Shown here in pieces: positions 23,632-33,503 of a DNA stretch of 64,000 nt; within the stretch, counting starts at the first letter, position 1, and the number at the start of each line of letters is the position of its first letter. Source of the DNA: Tubiluchus corallicola (Eukaryota > Animalia > Priapulida); the NCBI GenBank assembly GCA_030141605.1, contig JAQGDQ010000216.1:1-64000 (forward strand), in the 5' to 3' direction. Under the pieces are notes generated by a model. It was not told the origin of the DNA. It was given only the letters and a program-made list of their open reading frames with translations, and ran no database searches. Made by a program: the position numbers and the translations under genes.

Positions 23632-24219
23632 CTATATTAGCCCCATTTCAATCTGTGTAACAATATATTCAATCTCCCAGTCTTCTCCATATGGATCATA
23701 TTTAGATTTTAGGTTGTTGGAGAATAGGCGTGCTACCGCTTGCCAAAAAAATGCTGTAAATCCGCCTCTAAACTCCTTTATTATCTCAAAGGATGACATC
23801 CCTACTTCTCTGTCTATAAGCTTTATAAGAATTCTACCTTCGGATATACTCATATTTCTGATGCTCCCTTCAAATTCGCTAAATAGATCTTTCTCAACCT
23901 TTTTTATATATCTCCTCCTAGCTCTTTCTGATTCAAGTGTTACATATACATCATTATACTCCTCCAGCTTTGCTGCAGCCATTTTTGAATAAGGATATAC
24001 TTTTTTCACCCTCCTGACCAAACGCTCATATCGTTTTTCCTGCTTTCTTCGTTTTCTTGAGTTTTTTGGGTGTACCTCAACCTCTCTCAGCCTTATTTGT
24101 TGCAACTGCTCATATTTCTGAGTAGAATCCTGATGGGCATTGTTGGCCGGGTATGTTTGCCCAAAAGAGGTTAAACTCGACAAAAACGCAAAAAATATTA
24201 TAGATATAATCTTCACCAT
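23632..24219 (-). CDS. DUF4294 domain exported protein
   Basis: L.EVEV, RLVRRVKKVYPY, GRILIKLIDRE, AFFWQ..ARLF and LK.KYDP; signal peptide. Confidence 0.8.
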   Translation of the reverse strand: MVKIISIIFFAFLSSLTSFGQTYPANNAHQDSTQKYEQLQQIRLREVEVHPKNSRKRRKQEKRYERLVRRVKKVYPYSKMAAAKLEEYNDVYVTLESERARRRYIKKVEKDLFSEFEGSIRNMSISEGRILIKLIDREVGMSSFEIIKEFRGGFTAFFWQAVARLFSNNLKSKYDPYGEDWEIEYIVTQIEMGLI

Positions 24220-24404
24220 TACTCTTCCTACACCAAGTTACATATATTTAAAGATAATAAGATGAGGCTGCTCTAAGTTAATCTCAGAAATCTAAGATCT
24301 GCACCTTTTGTTATTTTAAAACTTTATCTAGCAGGTAAATATTGCAATCCCTGTTGAAGTTAAATAATATTTATTCCTGAATAAAGCCTGTTTCGGTTAT
24401 TGCT

Positions 24405-24496
24405 GAATGCTTTACAACAAGCTAATTTTTGATATAGAGTAAAAATTTATCTTCATTTTTATTCTATATAAAAAGCTTTTGCTTTGCAAAAATCTC
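24405..24496 (+). repeat. MITE-like element, very degenerate copy D
   Basis: Right end GCTTTGCAAAAATCTC and a weak left end GAATGCTTTACAA; little internal similarity. Confidence 0.35.
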
Positions 24497-24582
24497 ATAT
24501 TAAATAGTATTTCTTGAAAACGCAGTGGTGCACTGAGCATTTATTTTTCACCTAAAGACTTTTGTGATTTTGATAAAAATCA

Positions 24583-24650
24583 TATTAACCAGTTGAAACT
24601 ATCAACAATTTACCTACATTTGTATTAACCAGTTGTAGTCTATTAACAAT
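24583..24650 (+). promoter_or_regulatory. Direct-repeat pair flanking a -7 promoter element
   Basis: TATTAACCAGTTG at 24583 and 24623, each followed by CTATYAACAAT, with TACATTTG (24615-24622) between them. Confidence 0.6.
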
Positions 24651-24677
24651 CATTTATTAACTGAAGTGAGATAGCTC

Positions 24678-25769
24678 ATGAAGGCAGTTATCTATATATT
24701 TTTGACCTTAATTATCGCATCGGGAATATCTTGCTATTCAATTCCTCAAATAATAAAAGCTGCAAGGCTTAAAAAACTGTATGCAGAACCAAATCATCGC
24801 ACTGCTGTGAAAACGGTAGTTCCCACCCTTGGAGGGATAGCTCTGTTTATAGGCTTTGTGATTAGCTTAGTAATAGGAACAAGCGGGTACGAATTTGCAG
24901 ATGTTAAGTATATAATTGCAGCAGTTGTGATGATATTTTTTGTGGGGCTTAAAGATGATTTGCTGGATATATCCCCACGCTCAAAACTTTTAGGGCAATT
25001 ACTTTCGGCACTACTTTTAGTTATTCTGTCTGATATACGCTTTACCAGCTTTCATGGAGTTTTTGGCGTATATGATATCCCGTATGTTTTGAGTGTACTA
25101 TTTACTCTGTTTATTATGATGGCTCTAATAAATGCGTTTAACCTGATTGACGGTGTGGATGGACTTGTTTCTGCTGTTTCTATTGTTGCTTCACTGGTGC
25201 TCGGACTTTGGTTTTATTTTACCGAACATATTGAGTACAGCATTACTGCATTTGCGCTTATGGGGGCACTTATTTCATTCTTCTGGTTTAACGTTTTTGG
25301 GAAGAAGAACAAAATCTTCATGGGAGATACAGGTTCACTGATTATAGGTTTTATCATAAGTGTGCTGATAATACAATTTAATGAGTTAAGTGCAAACTCG
25401 CAGCATTTCTTTTTTAATATAGATACTCCTGTTGTTTCTGTCGGAATTTTAATTGTCCCTATAGCAGACACTATTCGGGTTTTCACAATCAGGCTACTTA
25501 AAAAACGACCCCCATTTAAGGCAGATCGCAACCATATACACCATAAGTTACTTAATCTTGGATTAACCCACATTCAAATAACATCGATTATTATCACTAC
25601 AAATGTGGCTTTCATTCTCTTATCATTTACGTTAAAAAGCCTGGGGCAGAATATTAATGAGTCAATGTTGACAATAGGCTTACTAGGCGCTTTAATGTCA
25701 CTTCTGCCTTCTTATATACTTAATAGGAGACGTATAAAAAGCATACAAGCAAACACACATCTTGATTAG
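24678..25769 (+). CDS. MraY/WecA/TagO family polyprenyl-phosphate N-acetylhexosamine-1-phosphate transferase
   Basis: PTLGG, GLKDD, NAFNLIDGVDGL, IFMGDTGS and ADRNHIHH; multi-pass membrane protein. Confidence 0.92.
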   Translation: MKAVIYIFLTLIIASGISCYSIPQIIKAARLKKLYAEPNHRTAVKTVVPTLGGIALFIGFVISLVIGTSGYEFADVKYIIAAVVMIFFVGLKDDLLDISPRSKLLGQLLSALLLVILSDIRFTSFHGVFGVYDIPYVLSVLFTLFIMMALINAFNLIDGVDGLVSAVSIVASLVLGLWFYFTEHIEYSITAFALMGALISFFWFNVFGKKNKIFMGDTGSLIIGFIISVLIIQFNELSANSQHFFFNIDTPVVSVGILIVPIADTIRVFTIRLLKKRPPFKADRNHIHHKLLNLGLTHIQITSIIITTNVAFILLSFTLKSLGQNINESMLTIGLLGALMSLLPSYILNRRRIKSIQANTHLD

Positions 25770-25786
25770 CCATATATTTAAAAAAT

Positions 25787-27076
25787 CTACCCCGGTTCAG
25801 AAAAGCGTTGCTTCCACCAAACCTTAAGCCTAGCAAGAATCTTTGTTTCGGCAGGGTTGTTCTGAGGGTGATAAAACCTGCTATTGGTTAGATTTTGGGG
25901 AACAAACTCCTGATCTACAAAGTTACCTTCGTAAGAGTGTGCATACTTGTAGTTATTGCCGTGCCCAAGCTGTTTCATTAGCTTGGTTGGGGCATTACGC
26001 AGATGAAGTGGCACAGGAAGATTCCCACTGCTTTTCACTTCATCAATAGCCGCATCAATAGCTGCATAAGCAGAATTACTTTTAGGCGATGTAGCTAAAT
26101 ATATTGTACACTCTGCAAGAATGATGCGTGCTTCAGGCATGCCTACCTTGTGAACAGCCTCAAAAGTGCTTTGAGCCAAAAGTAGTGCATTTGGATTTGC
26201 CAGCCCTATATCCTCAGCTGCAAGAATAACCAGTCTTCGAGAGATAAATTTAACATCTTCACCCCCTTCAAGCATTCTGGCAAGATAATATACGGAAGCG
26301 TCAGGATCTCCACCGCGAACCGACTTAATGAAAGCGGAGATAATATCATAATGCATATCTCCATTTTTGTCATATGTGGAAAGATTCTCCTGCAGTCGCT
26401 CAGTAACATTTTCGTTGGTAATTACTATATCATCACCATATTCAGCATTAACAACCAGTTCAATAGCATTTAGCAGCTTCCTGGCATCTCCCCCCGAAAA
26501 GCGAAGTATCGACTCATGCTCCTTGATAGTAATATTCTTCTTTACCAACTCTGTATCCTCTTTTAATGCTTTATCAAGCAAAGCGAGAAGATCACTCTTA
26601 TCCAGTGATTTTAAAATATATACCTGACACCTGGACAGGAGCGGAGATATAACTTCGAAAGATGGATTCTCTGTAGTTGCTCCAATCAGCGTAATAACTC
26701 CTTGCTCAACTGCTCCAAGTAAAGAGTCTTGTTGAGCTTTGCTAAAGCGGTGAATTTCATCAATAAACAGGATAGGATTTGGAGCAGAAAAGAATTGTTG
26801 TTTTTTTGCCTTTTCTATAATCCCACGCACATCCTTTACCCCGGAATTGATAGCACTAAATATATAAAATGGGCGGCTCAGCGTATTAGCAATTATTTTT
26901 GCAAGGGTAGTCTTTCCCACGCCAGGAGGCCCCCATAAGATAAAAGATGAAATGTTACCTGACTCAAGCATTTCCCTTAATACAGCCCCTTCACCAACAA
27001 GATGTTGTTGCCCAATATACCCTTCAAGGCTGCAAGGACGAAGGCGCTCTGCAAGTGGCTGATTACTTACTGTCAT
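25787..27076 (-). CDS. rarA: Replication-associated recombination protein A (MgsA/RarA)
   Basis: PLAERLRP, WGPPGVGKTT, FIDEIHRF, ATTENPSF, ISAFIKSVRG and P.HLRNAPT. Confidence 0.95.
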   Translation of the reverse strand: MTVSNQPLAERLRPCSLEGYIGQQHLVGEGAVLREMLESGNISSFILWGPPGVGKTTLAKIIANTLSRPFYIFSAINSGVKDVRGIIEKAKKQQFFSAPNPILFIDEIHRFSKAQQDSLLGAVEQGVITLIGATTENPSFEVISPLLSRCQVYILKSLDKSDLLALLDKALKEDTELVKKNITIKEHESILRFSGGDARKLLNAIELVVNAEYGDDIVITNENVTERLQENLSTYDKNGDMHYDIISAFIKSVRGGDPDASVYYLARMLEGGEDVKFISRRLVILAAEDIGLANPNALLLAQSTFEAVHKVGMPEARIILAECTIYLATSPKSNSAYAAIDAAIDEVKSSGNLPVPLHLRNAPTKLMKQLGHGNNYKYAHSYEGNFVDQEFVPQNLTNSRFYHPQNNPAETKILARLKVWWKQRFSEPG

Positions 27077-27083
27077 AAGGACT

Positions 27084-29042
27084 TTAGTTACAGTATCTTT
27101 TGATTATATTATATGCTCCGTCAAGCCCAAGCTCTCCGGCTTTACTGAGGTCCATTGCTCCACCCTCCATGTCATCAAGAAAGATTCGCGTAAGCCCCCG
27201 GTTAAAATAGGCCTCAGCATAATCAGGCTCAATAGTGATAGCTTTTGAGTAGTCTTCTATCGCTCCAATATAATCACGCTTTTTCACCTTAATATTTCCC
27301 ATATTGAACCATCCAAAAATGAAGCCCGGATTCATATACAGAATGAACTCATAATCCTCTATCACATCATCAAGATCAAGGATATGTTCATCCCTATTTT
27401 CGTTATGCTCTACAGTAACGCCCCCATCCAAACTGATAGATGAAGGAGTGGACTGGACACTAAGAGAATGTATGTGCTCTATCATTTTTGTTCGCGAGGT
27501 TGCTCTGCCAAGATATGCCATAATATTTCTGTTGTCAATTTTCAGCACTTTGCTAAAATCCTCAATGGCATTGTTGTAGTTTTTTAACATGCTATGTAAA
27601 ACAGCTCTGTTGAAATAGGCGTACGAACTACTTTTATTGCTGTCCAGAAGTTTGCTGGCCTTTATGACACCCTCCCGGCATTTTTGTATATGATGCTCTG
27701 GCATACTGCTGTTTTTGTTAGTAATAACAAAAAACGGATTATTATTATTCTCTATATTCAAAGCATCTATTTCCATACTATAGTACTGGAGCTTACCAAA
27801 GTCCACCGAATCTTTGTGGAATATTGATATACAGAAATCCTCCTTTAGTTCGATAACCACATTGCGATTTTGCACTCTGCCGTCTGCTACTTCTGTTTCC
27901 GATATCTCCCCATCTTCATTAACTACTATATGTCTTCGCCTTCTATTTTTTGTTACAGGGCCACGCTTTGAAGGCTTATTATCTTTATCATTACTACTCG
28001 CAGCACTAGATGCAGGTATCGTGTCTTGCACGGCTGCTTGTCCTTGATTTTGTGAGGGATTGGCACCCTGCCCTCCCTGCTGCTGGCCTGGCGGGTAGTT
28101 TTGGGCATAATATTGCTGTTGTTGACGCTTTTGGGCCTCCTCCATGCGAAGCCTATGCTCCATAAACCTTGGATCCAACTCTTCGGCAATATCATAATCT
28201 TTTTGGAAATCCGGGCGTCCCAAGCTTTCTTTAGCTATTCCTCTATTTAGCCAGGCTACTGCTATATTGGGATTCAGCTTTATCGCCATGTCATAATCCA
28301 TGATGGCCCCCTCATAATCACCCAGCCTGTGCTTTACCAACCCCCTGTTTACAAAGGCCTGTGACATTTTAGGGTCAAGGCGGATACATATATCATAATC
28401 CTTTAATGCTCCTGCGTAATCTTTCTTCTCAAACATAGCAATACCACGCATAAGGTAGGCACCTGCAAAATGTGGCCTTATGCTGATTGCCTCATTACAA
28501 TCCTCTATAGCTCCATCCAAATCCCCTTTCATCTGTTTAACAGAACTACGATTTAAATACGAATTTGTCATATCTGGCTTTAGCTCAATGGCACGGGTAT
28601 AATCACTTATTCCTCCGTCAAAATCCTCCATAGCAACCTTTGTTATCCCGCGATTATTGTAAATCAAAGCATTATCCCTATCCAGTTTTATGGCATTTGA
28701 GTAGTCCTCCAAAGATCCTTCATAGTTTTGTAGCTCATAGTTTGCCATTCCCCTGTGTATATAGGCATCAGGATAAAATGGCTTAATCTCCAGCGCCTTA
28801 TCATAGTCTGCTTTCGCTCCTCGGTAGTCTTCTAGATAGTGCTTCGCTATCCCTCGGTAAAAATATGGCTCGGGAAGATGTGGCTTCAGCTTTATAACAA
28901 CATTAAGATTCTCTATGGAGCCTACATAATTTTTGAAATATATGCGACTTCTCCCCACGTAAAAGTAGTGGCTGGTATTCAACTGAGACAGGCCGGCAAT
29001 TGATGTCAATAATAGCATTATGGATATACAAGCCCTTTTCAT
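27084..29042 (-). CDS. Exported tetratricopeptide repeat protein
   Basis: Signal peptide, many AY.NRG...AI.DY..AI.L.P repeats, and a central Gln/Gly-rich linker. Confidence 0.9.
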   Translation of the reverse strand: MKRACISIMLLLTSIAGLSQLNTSHYFYVGRSRIYFKNYVGSIENLNVVIKLKPHLPEPYFYRGIAKHYLEDYRGAKADYDKALEIKPFYPDAYIHRGMANYELQNYEGSLEDYSNAIKLDRDNALIYNNRGITKVAMEDFDGGISDYTRAIELKPDMTNSYLNRSSVKQMKGDLDGAIEDCNEAISIRPHFAGAYLMRGIAMFEKKDYAGALKDYDICIRLDPKMSQAFVNRGLVKHRLGDYEGAIMDYDMAIKLNPNIAVAWLNRGIAKESLGRPDFQKDYDIAEELDPRFMEHRLRMEEAQKRQQQQYYAQNYPPGQQQGGQGANPSQNQGQAAVQDTIPASSAASSNDKDNKPSKRGPVTKNRRRRHIVVNEDGEISETEVADGRVQNRNVVIELKEDFCISIFHKDSVDFGKLQYYSMEIDALNIENNNNPFFVITNKNSSMPEHHIQKCREGVIKASKLLDSNKSSSYAYFNRAVLHSMLKNYNNAIEDFSKVLKIDNRNIMAYLGRATSRTKMIEHIHSLSVQSTPSSISLDGGVTVEHNENRDEHILDLDDVIEDYEFILYMNPGFIFGWFNMGNIKVKKRDYIGAIEDYSKAITIEPDYAEAYFNRGLTRIFLDDMEGGAMDLSKAGELGLDGAYNIIKRYCN

Positions 29043-29243
29043 ATTGAAAAACTTTGGTTTTGAAGAAGCAAAAATAATAATAATGAAGGAATCTTGTTTT
29101 ACCCTTCACCTAATCTTTCAGATGTGAATCTCAACCAGCAAGTAAAAAAAATGGAAGCACTCAGATTATCACCTCACCAGGGAGACTTTAACTGCTCTAG
29201 TATCAATATGCAGCAATAAAATGTGTATATTGTAGCTATAAAA

Positions 29244-30350
29244 ATGAAACAGGGCGTGTTAATACTTATATTTATTGCCTTCTGGAGCTTTGTACTTGGG
29301 GCAAATATTTATTTGGCAAAGCGTTTTACATGGTACTTTACTACCGAAAGCGCAAAACTATTTTACTTTATTTTTTCCGCAGCATCTGTTTTTGTTATTG
29401 GAGGCATTATAGTTTTCACCAATGGCAGCAGTAGCTTTAGCAATACAATGTACAGCCTGGCTGCTGTAGGTATGGGGTTTTTGCTTTACCTTGTATTCTC
29501 GGCAATCCTTATCGATTTATTGCATTTTTTTATAAAGACAGAACCCCGGCATTATGGTATTGCAACTATTACTCTCGCTGTTTTAGTTTCGGTATATGGG
29601 CTGCTTAACGCCAGGAATCTCCAAGTTGTAGAGGTAGATATTCCCATTAAGGGGCTACAAAAAGAGGTTCGCACCATGCTCCTTACCGATATTCATATTG
29701 GCCACTGGCATGGGAAGAAATACTTACAGAGAATTGTTGATGAAACCAATAGGCAACAGGTTGATATAGTATTTATTACAGGAGACCTGTTTGATGGCAG
29801 AATACGGCTGAATAACGAAAACCTGGCACCTCTTAAACAGTTGAAAGCGTCAGTGTACTTTACAGAAGGAAACCATGATGGATATACAGGAGCCGTGGAA
29901 ATTAAAGAAAAGCTGCAAAATATTGGTATCAGGGTGTTAGAAAATCAGGTTGATAATCGGGATGATCTTCAGATTGTTGGAATGAACTACATGCTGGCAG
30001 ATAAAAACTCAATTGACATGCATGCTGCAGAAAACCGGACTACATTAAAAAAGGCTCTATCCAAAATAAATATTGACAGGAATAGGCCTTCAATATTATT
30101 ACATCATAGCCCCGTCGGCATAGAGTATGCAAACAAAAACGGGATCAACCTGTTTTTAGCAGGACACACCCATGCTGGACAAATGTTCCCGATAAATTAT
30201 ATCGTAGGGCTAATGTTTCCATATAATAAAGGACTATATGATTTTAATGGCACAAAAATTTACGTATCGCACGGAGCAGGAACATTTGGTCCCCCAATGC
30301 GTGTAGGAACAAGAAGCGAAATAACAGTTATAAACCTAAAACCCGTTTAA
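29244..30350 (+). CDS. Membrane-anchored metallophosphoesterase (YkuE-like)
   Basis: N-terminal TM helices, then DIHIG, TGDLFD, GNHD, LLHH and GHTHAGQ; start set at ATG 29244. Confidence 0.9.
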   Translation: MKQGVLILIFIAFWSFVLGANIYLAKRFTWYFTTESAKLFYFIFSAASVFVIGGIIVFTNGSSSFSNTMYSLAAVGMGFLLYLVFSAILIDLLHFFIKTEPRHYGIATITLAVLVSVYGLLNARNLQVVEVDIPIKGLQKEVRTMLLTDIHIGHWHGKKYLQRIVDETNRQQVDIVFITGDLFDGRIRLNNENLAPLKQLKASVYFTEGNHDGYTGAVEIKEKLQNIGIRVLENQVDNRDDLQIVGMNYMLADKNSIDMHAAENRTTLKKALSKINIDRNRPSILLHHSPVGIEYANKNGINLFLAGHTHAGQMFPINYIVGLMFPYNKGLYDFNGTKIYVSHGAGTFGPPMRVGTRSEITVINLKPV

Positions 30351-30393
30351 CAGGCAGCTCAAAGCTATCGGCTCAGCTTTTTGCTATTAACCC

Positions 30394-30533
30394 GAGAGCA
30401 TTGCAAGACCCACCTTTTTATTAATACCTTCGTCAAAACCTTCTCTTTTACATCATCAAGATATTACGGTTCTCATCAAATCTTCCCTTAACCTAAACCA
30501 AGCTCTTTCGCTTTGCAAAGACCTAAAGACCTC
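30394..30533 (+). repeat. MITE-like element, copy E with duplicated right end
   Basis: Internal CTTTTTATTAATA..TTCGTCAAAACC, TTACATCA and CTAAACCAAG; ends GCTTTGCAAAGACCT-AAAGACCTC. Confidence 0.72.
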
Positions 30534-30657
30534 GTGCCGATGATACCATAAATCGGATCAGAAGAGAAAGCACCTTACCCTGTCGGGAATATGCAGATTT
30601 TCTCTTTTCTTACTCTTTGCTCCGCCCCTTTCTGCACTACTATATAACCATCACTCT

Positions 30658-31581
30658 TTAGACTGAGACAAAGTGCTCCGGAACTATTTTACTCTCTCCA
30701 TGCCAGCGATATGCTGATAAACTCCCGGTCGTTCCCACACAACTATCGACACAGCAAATATTATTTTGCAACATTAACGGTTCCGGCAGGCAGTAGTGCC
30801 CAACAAACAGGGGTGGCTTATCTTCTTTATAAGGGGTAAATGAGGGAGCCAGCTCTTTGGGAACGGTATACTTTGGCAGGGTGAACCTATTCCCAAAAGC
30901 AAGCTCGTGAAAAGACTTATTATCAGGACTCTCCCACCAGTTCATCCTAAATCTTTTTACTATAATACCGTTACTGTCCCTCAAAACCAGATCTTGCGGA
31001 CAGTTAAATTCTAAGCCTTTTAACACCCTATGTATACTTCTTATTACAGAATACTGCTCCCCATTATAAAGTTTGTAAATGTACTTCTTCTTTAGCTTCC
31101 CTTTTGGTAAGTTTCTTTTTATAATGTTAATATCTTCATCATTCCAGTATGCATGAGAAATCCTTATTCCGTCAAGCTCAAGAAAAAGAGGAATAGCTCT
31201 TAGCCACTTCAGGTATGATTCCCACTCTTTACTGCAGGACTTAAACTGCTCATGTGTCTTTTTCAGTTGATTTGTATTAAATGAAGCATGCTCTTTTATA
31301 TGAAACTTGTAAGAGACTCTGACATCATATAATATTGCAGAATACTCATGGTTTCCTAAAACAGCCTGTGCATTACCATGATCCATCATTGATCTTATAA
31401 TATGCAATGTTTCCCTTATCTCATCTCCGCGATTTATATAATCCCCAACAAAGACAGCCTGCCGGGACGGATGCCCCCATACACCTCTCCGATTTTTATA
31501 GCCCACCTTTTTCAGTAGTTTTTTTAGAAGCGAAGCATGTCCGTGAACATCGCCTATTATATCGTAGAAAGGAGTGCTCAT
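30658..31581 (-). CDS. PPP/ApaH-like metallophosphoesterase
   Basis: GDVHG, GDYINRG, GNHE, HA and GHY motifs. Confidence 0.85.
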   Translation of the reverse strand: MSTPFYDIIGDVHGHASLLKKLLKKVGYKNRRGVWGHPSRQAVFVGDYINRGDEIRETLHIIRSMMDHGNAQAVLGNHEYSAILYDVRVSYKFHIKEHASFNTNQLKKTHEQFKSCSKEWESYLKWLRAIPLFLELDGIRISHAYWNDEDINIIKRNLPKGKLKKKYIYKLYNGEQYSVIRSIHRVLKGLEFNCPQDLVLRDSNGIIVKRFRMNWWESPDNKSFHELAFGNRFTLPKYTVPKELAPSFTPYKEDKPPLFVGHYCLPEPLMLQNNICCVDSCVGTTGSLSAYRWHGESKIVPEHFVSV

Positions 31582-31603
31582 TCAGCCTTCAAAATTAAAG
31601 TGT

Positions 31604-31730
31604 AAGACCTTTGCAAAACCCATCTTCTTATTAATATTTTCATCAAAATCCTCTTCAAAGCCTCCATTTATACTAGCAAACCGGGAAGCGCTAAGTTTTT
31701 CTCATACTGGACTAAACTCTTACCCTTGCC
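31604..31730 (+). repeat. MITE-like element, copy F (right end decayed)
   Basis: AAGACCTTTGCAAAACCCATCTTCTTATTAATATTTTCATCAAAATCCTC is the clearest left half of the family. Confidence 0.72.
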
Positions 31731-31781
31731 TTTCGATCTATTAAAATGGCTTTTTTATTCATTTGGCATACTTAATAAACA

Positions 31782-33401
31782 CTACCACCAGATTGTGTAA
31801 AAAAAGATTAGTACTACAGATATTATTATTGCGCCAATATTAAATCCCTTTGAGGTTTTGAAATACTCCTTTTTTATTTGTACCCCTTTGAGTTCATCCG
31901 TGCTTGATTCCAGCAAGCTTAATACCACCAATACAGAGGAAAGAATAAGAAAAACGATACCCATCCTATCCATAAACGGCAGGTCAGGCAGTAGAGACCT
32001 GAAAGTAAAGCCAAGAGGAATAGTGATGATTGCCGTAATAAGTGCCGCATTTGCTTTCGCTTTTTTCCAAAACATCCCGAAACCGAAAATTGCCAGTATG
32101 CCAGGAGTTATCATTCCGGTAAAATCCTGAATGAACTGAAATGCCTGATCCAATCCGCCCAAAAGCGGCCTTGCCACAAAAACTGCAATAGTAAGCGATG
32201 CAAGCGATGTGATTCGCCCTACCTTTACCAGCTTAACAGAATCGGCACCTTTATCAATATGTTTTCTGTAAATGTCCATCGTAAAGATTGTTGAGGTAGA
32301 ATTAAGCATTGAGGCTAAAGAAGACACTATTGCTGCAACCAATGCAGCAAAACAGATCCCTTTAATACCTGTTGGGACAAATGTTTGTAACAGCCACGGG
32401 TAGGCCTTATCGGATGGCTCTATCACTACTGAAGTATCTGTTGTGAGTAGGTAGGCCGCAATACCGGGGATCACCACAATAAGGGGCATCAACAGTTTAA
32501 GGAACCCTGCAAATATCATCCCCTTCTGAGCTTCATCCACACTTTTTGCAGCCAGCCCACGCTGTATTATATACTGGTTAAACCCAAAATAGGCAAGATT
32601 GGCTACCCACATTCCACCTACGAGCACAGCTATGCCAGGCAGATCAAGATACGCATCCTTTACTCCGCCTCCTCCGTCAGGAATCATCATTTCTCCTTTT
32701 TTCAATATCATATTGAATTTTTCAGGAGCATTTTTCACCAACTCCATAAAGCCTGATAGCGGGCCACTGGACCCAAATTGTTCGGCAACTGCACTAAGAG
32801 CTAGCCACGTTGTAATAAGCCCACCTACAACCAGAAACAACACCTGTATAACATCTGTCCATGCAACAGCTTTCAGCCCCCCATAAATAGAGTAAAGAGC
32901 AGCAAATAGTGCTAAACCTATAATGCCATATATCAAATGGACACCCATTATAGTCTTCAACGCAATTGCTCCCAGGTACATTACTGATGTGAGGTTGACA
33001 AATACATATACCAGTATCCAGAACCCGGCCAAAGCAACCCTTACCCTGCTATCATAGCGCATCTCCAAAAACTGGGGCATTGTATAAATCTTCTTATCAA
33101 GAAAAATAGGAAGCAGGTACTTCCCTACCAGTATCAATGTTATCGCTCCCATCCACTCATACGATGCTATGCCCAAGCCTATAGCAAAACCAGAACCAGA
33201 CATGCCTATAAACTGCTCTGCAGATATGTTTGCAGCTATTACAGAAGCTCCAATAGCCCACCAGGGTAACGCCTTACTCGCAAGGAAATAGTCCTCCGCA
33301 TCTTTCTTATGGCCCTTCTTTTCCCGGGAAACCCACAGGCCCATCCCTAAAATTACAACGCCATAAATTACAAAGGCAAAATAATCCCAAAATGTAAACA
33401 T
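31782..33401 (-). CDS. Sodium:solute symporter, probably galactose/glucose (SglT-like)
   Basis: YFLA...PWW.IGAS..AANISAEQFIGMSG, GGLKAVAWTD and NQYIIQR; directly downstream of galK. Confidence 0.9.
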   Translation of the reverse strand: MFTFWDYFAFVIYGVVILGMGLWVSREKKGHKKDAEDYFLASKALPWWAIGASVIAANISAEQFIGMSGSGFAIGLGIASYEWMGAITLILVGKYLLPIFLDKKIYTMPQFLEMRYDSRVRVALAGFWILVYVFVNLTSVMYLGAIALKTIMGVHLIYGIIGLALFAALYSIYGGLKAVAWTDVIQVLFLVVGGLITTWLALSAVAEQFGSSGPLSGFMELVKNAPEKFNMILKKGEMMIPDGGGGVKDAYLDLPGIAVLVGGMWVANLAYFGFNQYIIQRGLAAKSVDEAQKGMIFAGFLKLLMPLIVVIPGIAAYLLTTDTSVVIEPSDKAYPWLLQTFVPTGIKGICFAALVAAIVSSLASMLNSTSTIFTMDIYRKHIDKGADSVKLVKVGRITSLASLTIAVFVARPLLGGLDQAFQFIQDFTGMITPGILAIFGFGMFWKKAKANAALITAIITIPLGFTFRSLLPDLPFMDRMGIVFLILSSVLVVLSLLESSTDELKGVQIKKEYFKTSKGFNIGAIIISVVLIFFYTIWW

Positions 33402-33503
33402 CCTTACTATAATTTAAAAAATTTAACTCCGCATAACAGTGTCGCTAAGTCACTTCAAACCGCTTTATCTGCATAAGCTGCTGCAGAGTTACACTACTTG
33501 AGG

